Assembly: GCA_003221035.1 (NCBI GenBank)
Contig: QHUB01000013.1
Location: 23,259 to 87,258 of the forward strand
DNA from: Gemmatimonadota bacterium
Lineage (GTDB): Bacteria; Gemmatimonadota; Gemmatimonadetes; Gemmatimonadales; GWC2-71-9
DNA: 64,000 nt
Direction: 5' to 3'
Both the position numbers and the translations under genes were made by a program. Under the pieces are notes generated by a model. It worked only from the letters and a program-made list of their open reading frames with translations, did no database searches and was not told the DNA's origin. Below are positions 38,218 through 45,860 of the stretch, piece after piece (the first letter of the stretch is position 1; each line of letters starts with the position of its first letter).

Positions 38218-40001
38218 CGAGACTCTGCCTGCATGATGTAGTCGCGGCCGCCCGGGCCGGCGACGGCATATTCGTTCGGTCCCTGCGTCACCACCGGCCG
38301 CCGTCCACCGAAATTGTCGTGCGGGGGCGGCGACGAGGTTGACCATTCCAGCGTCGTGGCTTCCCACGGGTTATCCGGAGCCTGGGGACCGCGCAGCCGG
38401 CTGCGGATGAGGTTGTACAGGAAGATGAGCTGCGCGGCGCCGGTCACGAGCGCGGCGATCGTGATGAAACGATGGAGCGGGATGAGCGGCTGCAAATAGT
38501 CGTCGGTGAACGCGGAGTAGCGCCGTACGTTGCCCGCGAGGCCGAGATAATGCATCGGCATGAAAATGCAGTAGACGCCGATGAACGTGAGCCAGAAGTG
38601 CCACTTGCCGAGCGTCTCGCTCATCATGCGGCCGAACATCTTCGGGAACCAGAAATACGTTCCGGCGAAGATGCCGAACATGGCGGCGACACCCATGACA
38701 AAATGGAAATGCGCGACCACGAAGTAGGTGCCGTGCAGATAAATGTCGGTCGAGGGCTGCGCGAGGAAGAACCCGCTGATACCGCCGCTCACGAACACGG
38801 AGACAAATCCGAGCGCGAACAGCGAGGCCGAGGTGAAGCGCAGCCGCGCGCCGTAAATCGTCCCGATCCAGAGCAGCGTGACGATGGCCGCGGGAATCGT
38901 GATCACCAGCGTCGGCACGGAGAACAGCGTCGCCGAGAACGGGTTCATCCCGCTCAGGAACATGTGGTGGCCCCACACCGTGTAGCTCAGGAACGCGATC
39001 GCGGCGAGGCAGGCGATGAAGACCTTGGGGCCCAGGAGCGGCTTGCGCGCGAACACCGGCAGGATCTGTGATACGATCCCGAATCCCGGGAGAATCGCGA
39101 CGTATACCTCGGGATGGCCGAAGAACCAGAACAGGTGTTGCCAGAGGAGCGGTGACCCGCCCGTATGCGGCTGCAGCTGGTCGCTGATGACCAGGCCGCC
39201 CGGGATGAAGAAGCTCGTGCCGGCGACCCGGTCCAGAATGAGCAGGATGCACGCCGGCATCAGCACGGCAAACGCGACGAGCGCGATGACGGCGGTGATA
39301 AACCAGGCCCAGGTCGCCATCGGCATCCGCGCGAGTGACATTCCTCTGGTGCGGAGGTCGAGTGTCGTCGCGATGAAGTTCAGCGAGCCGAGCAGCTGCG
39401 CGATACAGAAGATCCCGATCGAGATCGCCCACAGCGTTTGACCCCAGCCCTGCCCCGGCCCCGCGTCTTTGCCGACCGCGCTGAGCGGTGCGTACGCCGT
39501 CCAGCCGGACAGGGGCGGTTGATCGCCTACAAAGAAGGCGGCAACCAGCACCAGAAACGCCACGAGCGTCACCCAGAACGACATCATGTTGATCCGGGGA
39601 AACGCCATGTCCTCCGCACCGACCTGGATCGGCAGCAGGAAATTGCCGAATCCGGCGAACGGCGCCGTGGTCAGCACGAAGAACACCATGATCGTGCCGT
39701 GCATCGTCATCAGCGCGAGATAGTACTCGGGCGTCATCACGCCGCCCGCCGCGCCGCCGGGGGCGATCTTCCCGAGGCCCGGAATCGGCGTGTCCGGCCA
39801 GCCGAGGTGAAAGCGCATCAGCCAGGACAGCACCATACCGGTGAACACAGCCACCAGCGCGAGATCGAGGTATTGCCGGCCGATGACTTTGTGATCGACA
39901 CTGAACACGTGCCGCCGCAGCCAGCTCTCAGCGGGCGCGTGCGCGTGAGAGGGTGGTGCCGCGACGTGCGTCAAAATGCCGGCTGCTGCGCTTTGAGCCA
40001 C
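38214..40001 (-). CDS. ctaD: cytochrome c oxidase subunit I (haem-copper oxidase, A-type)
   Basis: VDHKVIGRQYL, WFFGHPEVYVAILPGFG, GHHMF and HFHFVMG canonical motifs. Confidence 0.95.
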   Translation of the reverse strand: MAQSAAAGILTHVAAPPSHAHAPAESWLRRHVFSVDHKVIGRQYLDLALVAVFTGMVLSWLMRFHLGWPDTPIPGLGKIAPGGAAGGVMTPEYYLALMTMHGTIMVFFVLTTAPFAGFGNFLLPIQVGAEDMAFPRINMMSFWVTLVAFLVLVAAFFVGDQPPLSGWTAYAPLSAVGKDAGPGQGWGQTLWAISIGIFCIAQLLGSLNFIATTLDLRTRGMSLARMPMATWAWFITAVIALVAFAVLMPACILLILDRVAGTSFFIPGGLVISDQLQPHTGGSPLLWQHLFWFFGHPEVYVAILPGFGIVSQILPVFARKPLLGPKVFIACLAAIAFLSYTVWGHHMFLSGMNPFSATLFSVPTLVITIPAAIVTLLWIGTIYGARLRFTSASLFALGFVSVFVSGGISGFFLAQPSTDIYLHGTYFVVAHFHFVMGVAAMFGIFAGTYFWFPKMFGRMMSETLGKWHFWLTFIGVYCIFMPMHYLGLAGNVRRYSAFTDDYLQPLIPLHRFITIAALVTGAAQLIFLYNLIRSRLRGPQAPDNPWEATTLEWSTSSPPPHDNFGGRRPVVTQGPNEYAVAGPGGRDYIMQAESR

Positions 40002-40783
40002 TGCCCGAATTCGGCGGGCGACTTCACCTCGACGTAGGCGCGCATGTTGTAATGCCCCAGGCCACAGAGTTGCGTGCAGACGAGCTCGTACCGTCCCGGT
40101 GTGGTCGCCGTGAAATGCAGCGGAATCACCATCCCGGGAACGAAGTCCTGCTGGATCCGGGCTTCCCGCACGTAGAACGAATGATTGACGTCTTTGGCAT
40201 GCAACCGCAGCGCGACCGGCTGATTCGCGGGAACGACGAGCGTGGCGACCACGATGTCGTCGCGCGCGGTCGTGTCGGTGGCCGGATCGAGTCCAAAGAA
40301 ATTCTGATCAGCGTCGCTCATTTTTTCAGGATGAATGACGCCGAATTTCCCGTCGGCCCCCGCATATCGGAAATAGAAGGCGAATTGCTCGGCGAGCACG
40401 TCGATCTGCAGGGCACCGGGAGGAGGCGGTGACTGATACACGCTGGCCCAGACCTTGGACCCGACCAACGTGAGGACCAGAATCTCGATCCCAACCAGCA
40501 CCGTGGCGATCACCACCATCGGCGTCGCGCCGCCGGGAAAAATCCTGACGGGCCACGTGGCGCGCGTCCCGCCCCGCTCGCCGAACCGCCACACGAACAC
40601 CCCGAGCGCCAGCTGGGCCGCGACAAACAGAATCCCGGCCACGATCATCGTCTCGTTGAGCTGGCTATCGATGCGGCCGCCGTGCGTCGAGATGTCGGGC
40701 GGCAGCCACCACGTGTGCAGCGCGAAGAGCGTGACCGAGACCAGCGCGATCGCGGTCACGACGACGGCAAAGAGCCTGCCCAT
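39971..40783 (-). CDS. ctaC: cytochrome c oxidase subunit II
   Basis: Two N-terminal TM helices. CuA site HSFYV...CTQLCGLGHYNM. Confidence 0.9.
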   Translation of the reverse strand: MGRLFAVVVTAIALVSVTLFALHTWWLPPDISTHGGRIDSQLNETMIVAGILFVAAQLALGVFVWRFGERGGTRATWPVRIFPGGATPMVVIATVLVGIEILVLTLVGSKVWASVYQSPPPPGALQIDVLAEQFAFYFRYAGADGKFGVIHPEKMSDADQNFFGLDPATDTTARDDIVVATLVVPANQPVALRLHAKDVNHSFYVREARIQQDFVPGMVIPLHFTATTPGRYELVCTQLCGLGHYNMRAYVEVKSPAEFGQWLKAQQPAF

Positions 40784-40786
40784 CGC

Positions 40787-41497
40787 TCAGTAGGGTCGCG
40801 CCGTCAGGACGAAGTTCGCCGTCTTCGTTTCGCTCCCCGCAATGGTTACTTCCTGGCTCTGCGTTCCGAAGCGCTCATGCCACGCCGTCACCGTGTACTT
40901 GCCGGCCGGCAGTCCCTCGAGCTTGAACGCACCGGTCGAATCGGTGATGCTGGAATGCGGCGTCTTCAGCACGACGAAGTACCCGTGCATCCAGGGATGC
41001 ACGTTGCACTTGACGGCGATGAACTCAGGCTGGTCCCACGCCGTGTGGATCGGCGGCGCGCCCTTCGGCTGCGACTTGTTCCACTCGGCGTTGACCTTGG
41101 CCAGGGGGTGAATGTTGTGCGACGTCGGGTCGTCGTTGAGTACGGCGAGCGGCTGATGCACCTGCATCACCGCGACGTGGGGGATGTACTGGCACCCCTT
41201 CTGTTCATAGCGCACGGTATCGGTTGCCGCCGCGGCGCCTTCGTCGCCGGCGGAGATGTACACGACGACATAGTCCACGCTGTTTCCGGCGCCGGTCACG
41301 GCATCCTGCGTGGTGACTGGCGTGGCGTGCTGCGCGACGCAGGACGGCTCCTTCGACATGTCGATCGGCCGCGCCTTGGGCGGCGTGCCGGTGTAGGTCA
41401 CCTTCCCGCTGATGGTGCCGCCCGCGGCGCGGTGCCCAGGCGCCGGCCCGCTCACCATAGCGACCAGCGCGACTACTGAGGTGAAGCGCGCAATCAT
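40787..41497 (-). CDS. secreted cupredoxin (type-1 copper) protein with CarboxypepD_reg-like domain
   Basis: NDDPTSHNIHP ... KCNVHPWMHGY (C-x2-H-P-x-M), then STGAFKLEGLPAGKYTVTAWHE. 3-nt gap to ctaC and ATGA overlap with the upstream cytochrome c gene. Confidence 0.7.
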   Translation of the reverse strand: MIARFTSVVALVAMVSGPAPGHRAAGGTISGKVTYTGTPPKARPIDMSKEPSCVAQHATPVTTQDAVTGAGNSVDYVVVYISAGDEGAAAATDTVRYEQKGCQYIPHVAVMQVHQPLAVLNDDPTSHNIHPLAKVNAEWNKSQPKGAPPIHTAWDQPEFIAVKCNVHPWMHGYFVVLKTPHSSITDSTGAFKLEGLPAGKYTVTAWHERFGTQSQEVTIAGSETKTANFVLTARPY

Positions 41498-42348
41498 TGC
41501 CCTCCTCCTTCTGGACCTATCGGCTTGAGCTCACGACCATGCGTCGAGAACCACGACCGCCACATCGCCGCCTCCGGCGAGTGCAACGGCTGCAGCGTGC
41601 GCAGGAAATGCACGAGATCCCACGCCTGATTGGCCTGCAGCTGATCGGCGAACGAGGGCATCGGCGAGCCGTCGAGTCCGGTCATGAAGATCCGGTACAG
41701 GTCTTGGTTGGTTTCGCCACACATGAAGCGGGTACCCGTCTGGAAATTGTACGGACGGATGGGATCGTCCTTGCTGTCCGTCAGCGTCTTGGCGGATGGG
41801 CCGTCCCCGTGTCCCGCCGGCCCGTGACACTTCCAGCATTCCAGGTTCTGAAACAGCTCCCGGCCGCGCAGAATGCCCTCGATCGTCGGCGCGGGCTCGG
41901 GCGGAATCGTGATCGGCCTGCCGGCTTGTGCGGTCCGCCAGCGCGGCGAGAACGTCTTGATGTACGCGACGAGGTCGACCCGGTTTTGTGGCGTGAGCGC
42001 GACCCACGGCGGCATGTTGGTCGTGACGAAGCCCCGCGTCACCGTATTGAAGAGATCCTGATCCGTGGGCAGCGCGCCCGAGGGCGTCGAGCGGCACTTG
42101 AAAACCCCCAGCGTGAAATCGCGGGGCTTGGGATCGATCCACTGCGCATTTTCGCCCTGCGCGTCGCCCTCGTCGCCGTGACAGCCCGCGCAATACCTCG
42201 TGTACAACGGCTTCCCGCGCGCCGCGTTTCCCGTTTTCCCGGCAACGTGCGTCTGCTGCGCGGCCCCGGGCAGGGCCGTTGCGCCACTGAGCAGGAGTGC
42301 GGCGCCACAAGCCGATACGAGCGACAACCATCCCGTGAACGGTCTCAT
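41494..42348 (-). CDS. dihaem c-type cytochrome
   Basis: Signal peptide and two CxxCH motifs (CAGCH, CWKCH). Confidence 0.8.
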   Translation of the reverse strand: MRPFTGWLSLVSACGAALLLSGATALPGAAQQTHVAGKTGNAARGKPLYTRYCAGCHGDEGDAQGENAQWIDPKPRDFTLGVFKCRSTPSGALPTDQDLFNTVTRGFVTTNMPPWVALTPQNRVDLVAYIKTFSPRWRTAQAGRPITIPPEPAPTIEGILRGRELFQNLECWKCHGPAGHGDGPSAKTLTDSKDDPIRPYNFQTGTRFMCGETNQDLYRIFMTGLDGSPMPSFADQLQANQAWDLVHFLRTLQPLHSPEAAMWRSWFSTHGRELKPIGPEGGGQ

Positions 42349-42361
42349 CGGCAGCCTCCTC

Positions 42362-43732
42362 TCAAAAAGCGAAGTCGAAGCCGAGGAACAGACTCCGGCT
42401 CCAGATCTTCGTGTCAGGGGTGAGCGCGTCGACGCCGGTCCCGTTGCCGGAGAGCGGCGCCATTCCCGTCGTCTTCGTCATGGCGAACTCCCCATGAAAC
42501 GCCATGCCGTCACGACTGAACATGAACGGCAACGCGCGGAAGCCCACGGCAACCGCGTCGGCATCGCCAAAGGTCTTGGGGGTCGCCGGATCTGCCTGCT
42601 TCGAGTTGCGCAGCATCTCGAAGCGACCCTGCACGAGCAGCCGCGGATTCGCGACATAGTGCGCCTCGAGCATGGTCGTGTTCCACGTAGGCTTCTGCGT
42701 GCTCCCGCCGAGCGCCTCATCGTCATAGGCGTGCGAGAACATCGGCAGCAGCTCCAGGTTGCCGATCCAGACCTGTGCCGTCGCTCCGACTCGCACAAAC
42801 GATTTGAAGTCGCTCGCGGTCCCGGGAATCGGGTCGCCGCCGCTCGTCTGGAACGTGGTGGGACGGTGCCCCAGATATCCGAAGACGCCAACGCGTTGCG
42901 GCCCGAGCCCGCTTCCTGCCGCCCAGGCCTGGCTCAACGTGACCATCGCGTCCGCGCCTTTTCCCGTGGATAACCCTGCCTCCCCATCGTCAGTCGCCAG
43001 GAGGGAGACGCTGTAGCGCGTGTAGCTGTTCAGAGAATGGCCGGACAGCTCGGCGCCGATCTGGTTGTCGCCCAGACCGAAGACATAGTTGTCGACGCTT
43101 CCGGCGGGCTGGTAGTGATAGGCGTACAGGAAGCCGCCGTTGTTCGAGAGCCAGGTGAAGCGCTTCTCCGAGAGCAGATTGTCGAGCTCGAACTTTCCGA
43201 CCTTCACATTCGCCCAGGGCGAGTTCCCGAGATTGTCGAACCGCACGAATGCGGCCTCGAGGCCCGTGGTACCATCCGGATCGAGCGTCGGGACGAGCCC
43301 GAACGTGATGTTCTTGTACAGCGTCCCCAGCATGAGAAAATCGACCCCGGAAAGGTCGAATCCCACCTGGGTGATCGTCGCCTCGCCGGCGTCGGTGGGC
43401 TGGTGCGTCGTGTTCTCCAAATGCACCTGCGGCGTCGTGCGAATCGCGATCGGCCAGTACCCGTTGCTCTGCCAAATGGGCGAGTCGCGATCATTGCCGA
43501 GCTGGTAGCCGTTGTCCTTGAAGCGCTGGCCGAAAGCCGTCAATTCGGGCCAGACCGTGTGACAGGCGGAGCAGCGCAAGCCGTACTTGCGGGCGAAAGC
43601 GGGGATCTTCCTGACCCGGGCGTAGACCTCGCCATACGTCCGCGCCGGGGTGCTGCCGGTGGAATGTGGTGCCATGGCCGCGCAGAGCAACGTCGCCAAC
43701 GGTGTCGCGGCCCTCAACAACCGCTTGACCAT
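42362..43732 (-). CDS. CxxCH-containing predicted outer-membrane beta-barrel protein
   Basis: Start at ATG 43732 (MVKRLL), preceded by GGGAGG 4 nt upstream; the track starts at 43765. Signal peptide, FARKYGLRCSACHTVWPELTAFGQRF, a long beta-rich region and C-terminal LFLGFDFAF. Confidence 0.65.
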   Translation of the reverse strand: MVKRLLRAATPLATLLCAAMAPHSTGSTPARTYGEVYARVRKIPAFARKYGLRCSACHTVWPELTAFGQRFKDNGYQLGNDRDSPIWQSNGYWPIAIRTTPQVHLENTTHQPTDAGEATITQVGFDLSGVDFLMLGTLYKNITFGLVPTLDPDGTTGLEAAFVRFDNLGNSPWANVKVGKFELDNLLSEKRFTWLSNNGGFLYAYHYQPAGSVDNYVFGLGDNQIGAELSGHSLNSYTRYSVSLLATDDGEAGLSTGKGADAMVTLSQAWAAGSGLGPQRVGVFGYLGHRPTTFQTSGGDPIPGTASDFKSFVRVGATAQVWIGNLELLPMFSHAYDDEALGGSTQKPTWNTTMLEAHYVANPRLLVQGRFEMLRNSKQADPATPKTFGDADAVAVGFRALPFMFSRDGMAFHGEFAMTKTTGMAPLSGNGTGVDALTPDTKIWSRSLFLGFDFAF

Positions 43733-43850
43733 TTGACCTCCCTGGACTGGGAGAAGACCTTGCAAGCCTACGGTTGGTTACATGCTCTCCATCTATTGCT
43801 TTTCTATTTTCCTGTCAATCGAAGCATCTCCTGTACTTACGAAACACGCG
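43733..43850 (-). promoter_or_regulatory. AT-rich 118-bp leader/promoter region of the oxidase operon
   Basis: Locally the most AT-rich stretch in the window. Minus-strand TTGACA (complement of 43813-43818) and GGGAGG SD before ATG 43732. No convincing -10, so the exact promoter is unresolved. Confidence 0.35.
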
Positions 43851-44009
43851 TTACTCGTCCGCGAAGGGGGACGGATGCTTTCCCCGCCGCCGATACCCTT
43901 TCTTCGATCGATGGACCTTGTGTGCGGGAGTCTTGAGGCGCTCCTTGACCGGCGCCTTCGGATTCGGCACGCGCACGGTCACCTTCTCCTTTTCGCGCTT
44001 GCGGCTCAT
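43851..44009 (-). CDS. 52-aa highly basic small protein (ArfA-like C-terminal motif?)
   Basis: ATGA overlap with the DinB stop. MSRKREKEKVTVRVPNPKAPVKERLKTPAHKVHRSKKGYRRRGKHPSPFADE. High third-position G+C. Embedded in shadow track ORF 43851..44414. Confidence 0.45.
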   Translation of the reverse strand: MSRKREKEKVTVRVPNPKAPVKERLKTPAHKVHRSKKGYRRRGKHPSPFADE

Positions 44010-44503
44010 CTCCCGACGCGCTCGCGGATCTGCCGCGCGTGATGGCGCGCGTGGATGACGTGAAATCGCATCCACTCTTCCACTGTGAGGTCGCCCATCC
44101 GTGGATGCTTCGCGAACAGATTGGCGCGACGCTCGGGCAACAGCGCGCGGTCGACTTGGTCCCAGGCTTCGATGCCGGCCAGGAAGTGCGCTTCGGCCTT
44201 GGCGCGGCCGATCGCCTGGGTGGGCATAGTGCGTTCGGGCGCCTTGCGTCCCGGTGGAAACCAGCGCAATCCAAAGATGAGGAATCTGGCGACCTGCTCT
44301 GCTGGCGTCCGGCGCCGGCGCGACATGGGCGCGTGATTCAGCCGCGTCAGGAACGTCTGCGCGCTGAGGTTGAGTCCCAGCGCGAGATGCTCGACGATCT
44401 GTGCCGGCGTCCATTTTCCAGCCGGCCCGCGCTCCCAGTCGCTGTCGGGACGTCCGCGCAGCGGACCAAGAACCAGCTCCGGTAGCTCGCCGAGCGATTT
44501 CAT
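44006..44503 (-). CDS. DinB family protein
   Basis: WTPAQIVEHL ... FHVIHARHHARQI, the metal-binding His pattern of the DinB_2 four-helix bundle. Confidence 0.8.
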   Translation of the reverse strand: MKSLGELPELVLGPLRGRPDSDWERGPAGKWTPAQIVEHLALGLNLSAQTFLTRLNHAPMSRRRRTPAEQVARFLIFGLRWFPPGRKAPERTMPTQAIGRAKAEAHFLAGIEAWDQVDRALLPERRANLFAKHPRMGDLTVEEWMRFHVIHARHHARQIRERVGR

Positions 44504-44566
44504 TCCTTATCGCGGGGGGTTCCAGGTGGCACTAGTTTCCAGCGGACCCGACATGCGGGGAATCTC

Positions 44567-45802
44567 GTGGTGAACCTCTTGCGCCGCCACCCGGTCGCGA
44601 TCGGCCTGGTGGTCTTGCTGCTCGTGACGGCGATTCACCCCCTGCCTCCGCTCGTTGATGCGGTCACCGGGTCCGCCCCGGGCGATGCCGACCTCGAGCG
44701 CCCCGTGCTCTACGTCCTGTTTGCCCCGCTCTCCGACACGCTCGACGCGCTCACGTTCTTCAGCATGAGTCGCGCCGTGTGGACGCTCGTGGTCTGGACG
44801 CTCGTCCTCGCGGCGTTCGGCGCGGTGCGCGCGTCGAGTGACTCGCTGAGCGCGCGGCGTGTCATCGCGACGGCGCTGCTCGGCCCACTCGGGGTGGTGT
44901 TGCTCGGCGTCGCCGCGCTGGTGATGCCTCGTCCCGTCCCTCGCCTCGTCAGCGACGGCCCCGGCACCGTGCTCGACTACCATGCCCATACCAGGGCGTC
45001 CCATGACGGGCGTCCGGGATGGACGCTCGCCGACCTCGCCGATTGGCACGAGCGCCAGGGATTCGAGGCGGCGTACGTGACCGATCACAACGTCGTGTAC
45101 GACGGCTCGCTTCCCGCCCCGCCCGGCAGATCGATCAGTCTGCTGCCGGGCGTGGAATGGAGCCTGTATCGCCAGCACGTCGTCGCGATCGGCCCGATCG
45201 AGCCGCTGTCGCGCGACAGCTTTGGCGGCAGCACGCTCCGGATGGTGCGGGTGTTCAACGCGATCGAGCGCCAGGGCGCGCTCAGCATCGCATCCCTGCC
45301 CGAGTACTGGCGCAATCATCAGGAAGAGTTGTCCGCGTTCGTGCTCGCGGGCGTCGACGGATTCGAAATCGTGAACTGCGCGCCCAAGGCGCTCGCGTTT
45401 CCCTCGGATCTGCGACGCCAGGTGATCGCGCTGGCAGGACGTCATGATCTGATGGTGGTCGGGGCGAGCGACAACCACGGGTGGGGTCAGGTGACGTGCG
45501 TGTGGAACGTGTCGCAGCCCGGCTCGCAGGGGTTCCACACCAATCGCGTGTTTGCCCGGCCGCTCGCACTCGTCCAGGGCGACTGGCAGCCCTGGACCGC
45601 GCCCGCGACACAGCCCTGGTTCATGCTCCGCTCGCTGAGCTGGAGCGAGCGCGTCAGCTGGCTCACGTGGGTGGTCGTCATCCTGCTCTACCGCGCGTTG
45701 CCCCGGCGCGAAGGTCAATCGGCCGGACTGGGTATATTGGCGCGCTCGCTGTGGGGGGGCCGGCGGCGCCGCCAATCCGCTCCTCACCAGACCCCGACGT
45801 GA
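44567..45802 (+). CDS. membrane-anchored PHP-domain phosphoesterase-like protein
   Basis: N-terminal TM helices followed by LDYHAHTRASHDG (PHP motif I) and VTDHN. Confidence 0.65.
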   Translation: MVNLLRRHPVAIGLVVLLLVTAIHPLPPLVDAVTGSAPGDADLERPVLYVLFAPLSDTLDALTFFSMSRAVWTLVVWTLVLAAFGAVRASSDSLSARRVIATALLGPLGVVLLGVAALVMPRPVPRLVSDGPGTVLDYHAHTRASHDGRPGWTLADLADWHERQGFEAAYVTDHNVVYDGSLPAPPGRSISLLPGVEWSLYRQHVVAIGPIEPLSRDSFGGSTLRMVRVFNAIERQGALSIASLPEYWRNHQEELSAFVLAGVDGFEIVNCAPKALAFPSDLRRQVIALAGRHDLMVVGASDNHGWGQVTCVWNVSQPGSQGFHTNRVFARPLALVQGDWQPWTAPATQPWFMLRSLSWSERVSWLTWVVVILLYRALPRREGQSAGLGILARSLWGGRRRRQSAPHQTPT

Positions 45803-45860
45803 CAGGGCGCAACCAATCGGACAAGTTGCAGGTCACTTCTCTTTAATGGAGAGACAGTCC

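Noticed and set aside
37636-38367. Extended N-termini offered by the track for several genes. Examples: 37636..38367, 53890..56028, 34733..36643, 58191..59153, 42362..43765.
   Set aside because: The extensions overlap upstream genes, have poor third-position G+C, or precede an obvious signal peptide, SD or ATGA-coupled start. Shorter starts were chosen.
43851-43900. An ArfA-style RNase III hairpin spanning the 3' end of the micro-ORF, which would support the ArfA analogy.
   Set aside because: I found only a 5-bp GGGGA/TCCCC stem and a 7-bp long-range pairing (AAGCATC/GATGCTT). Neither is convincing.
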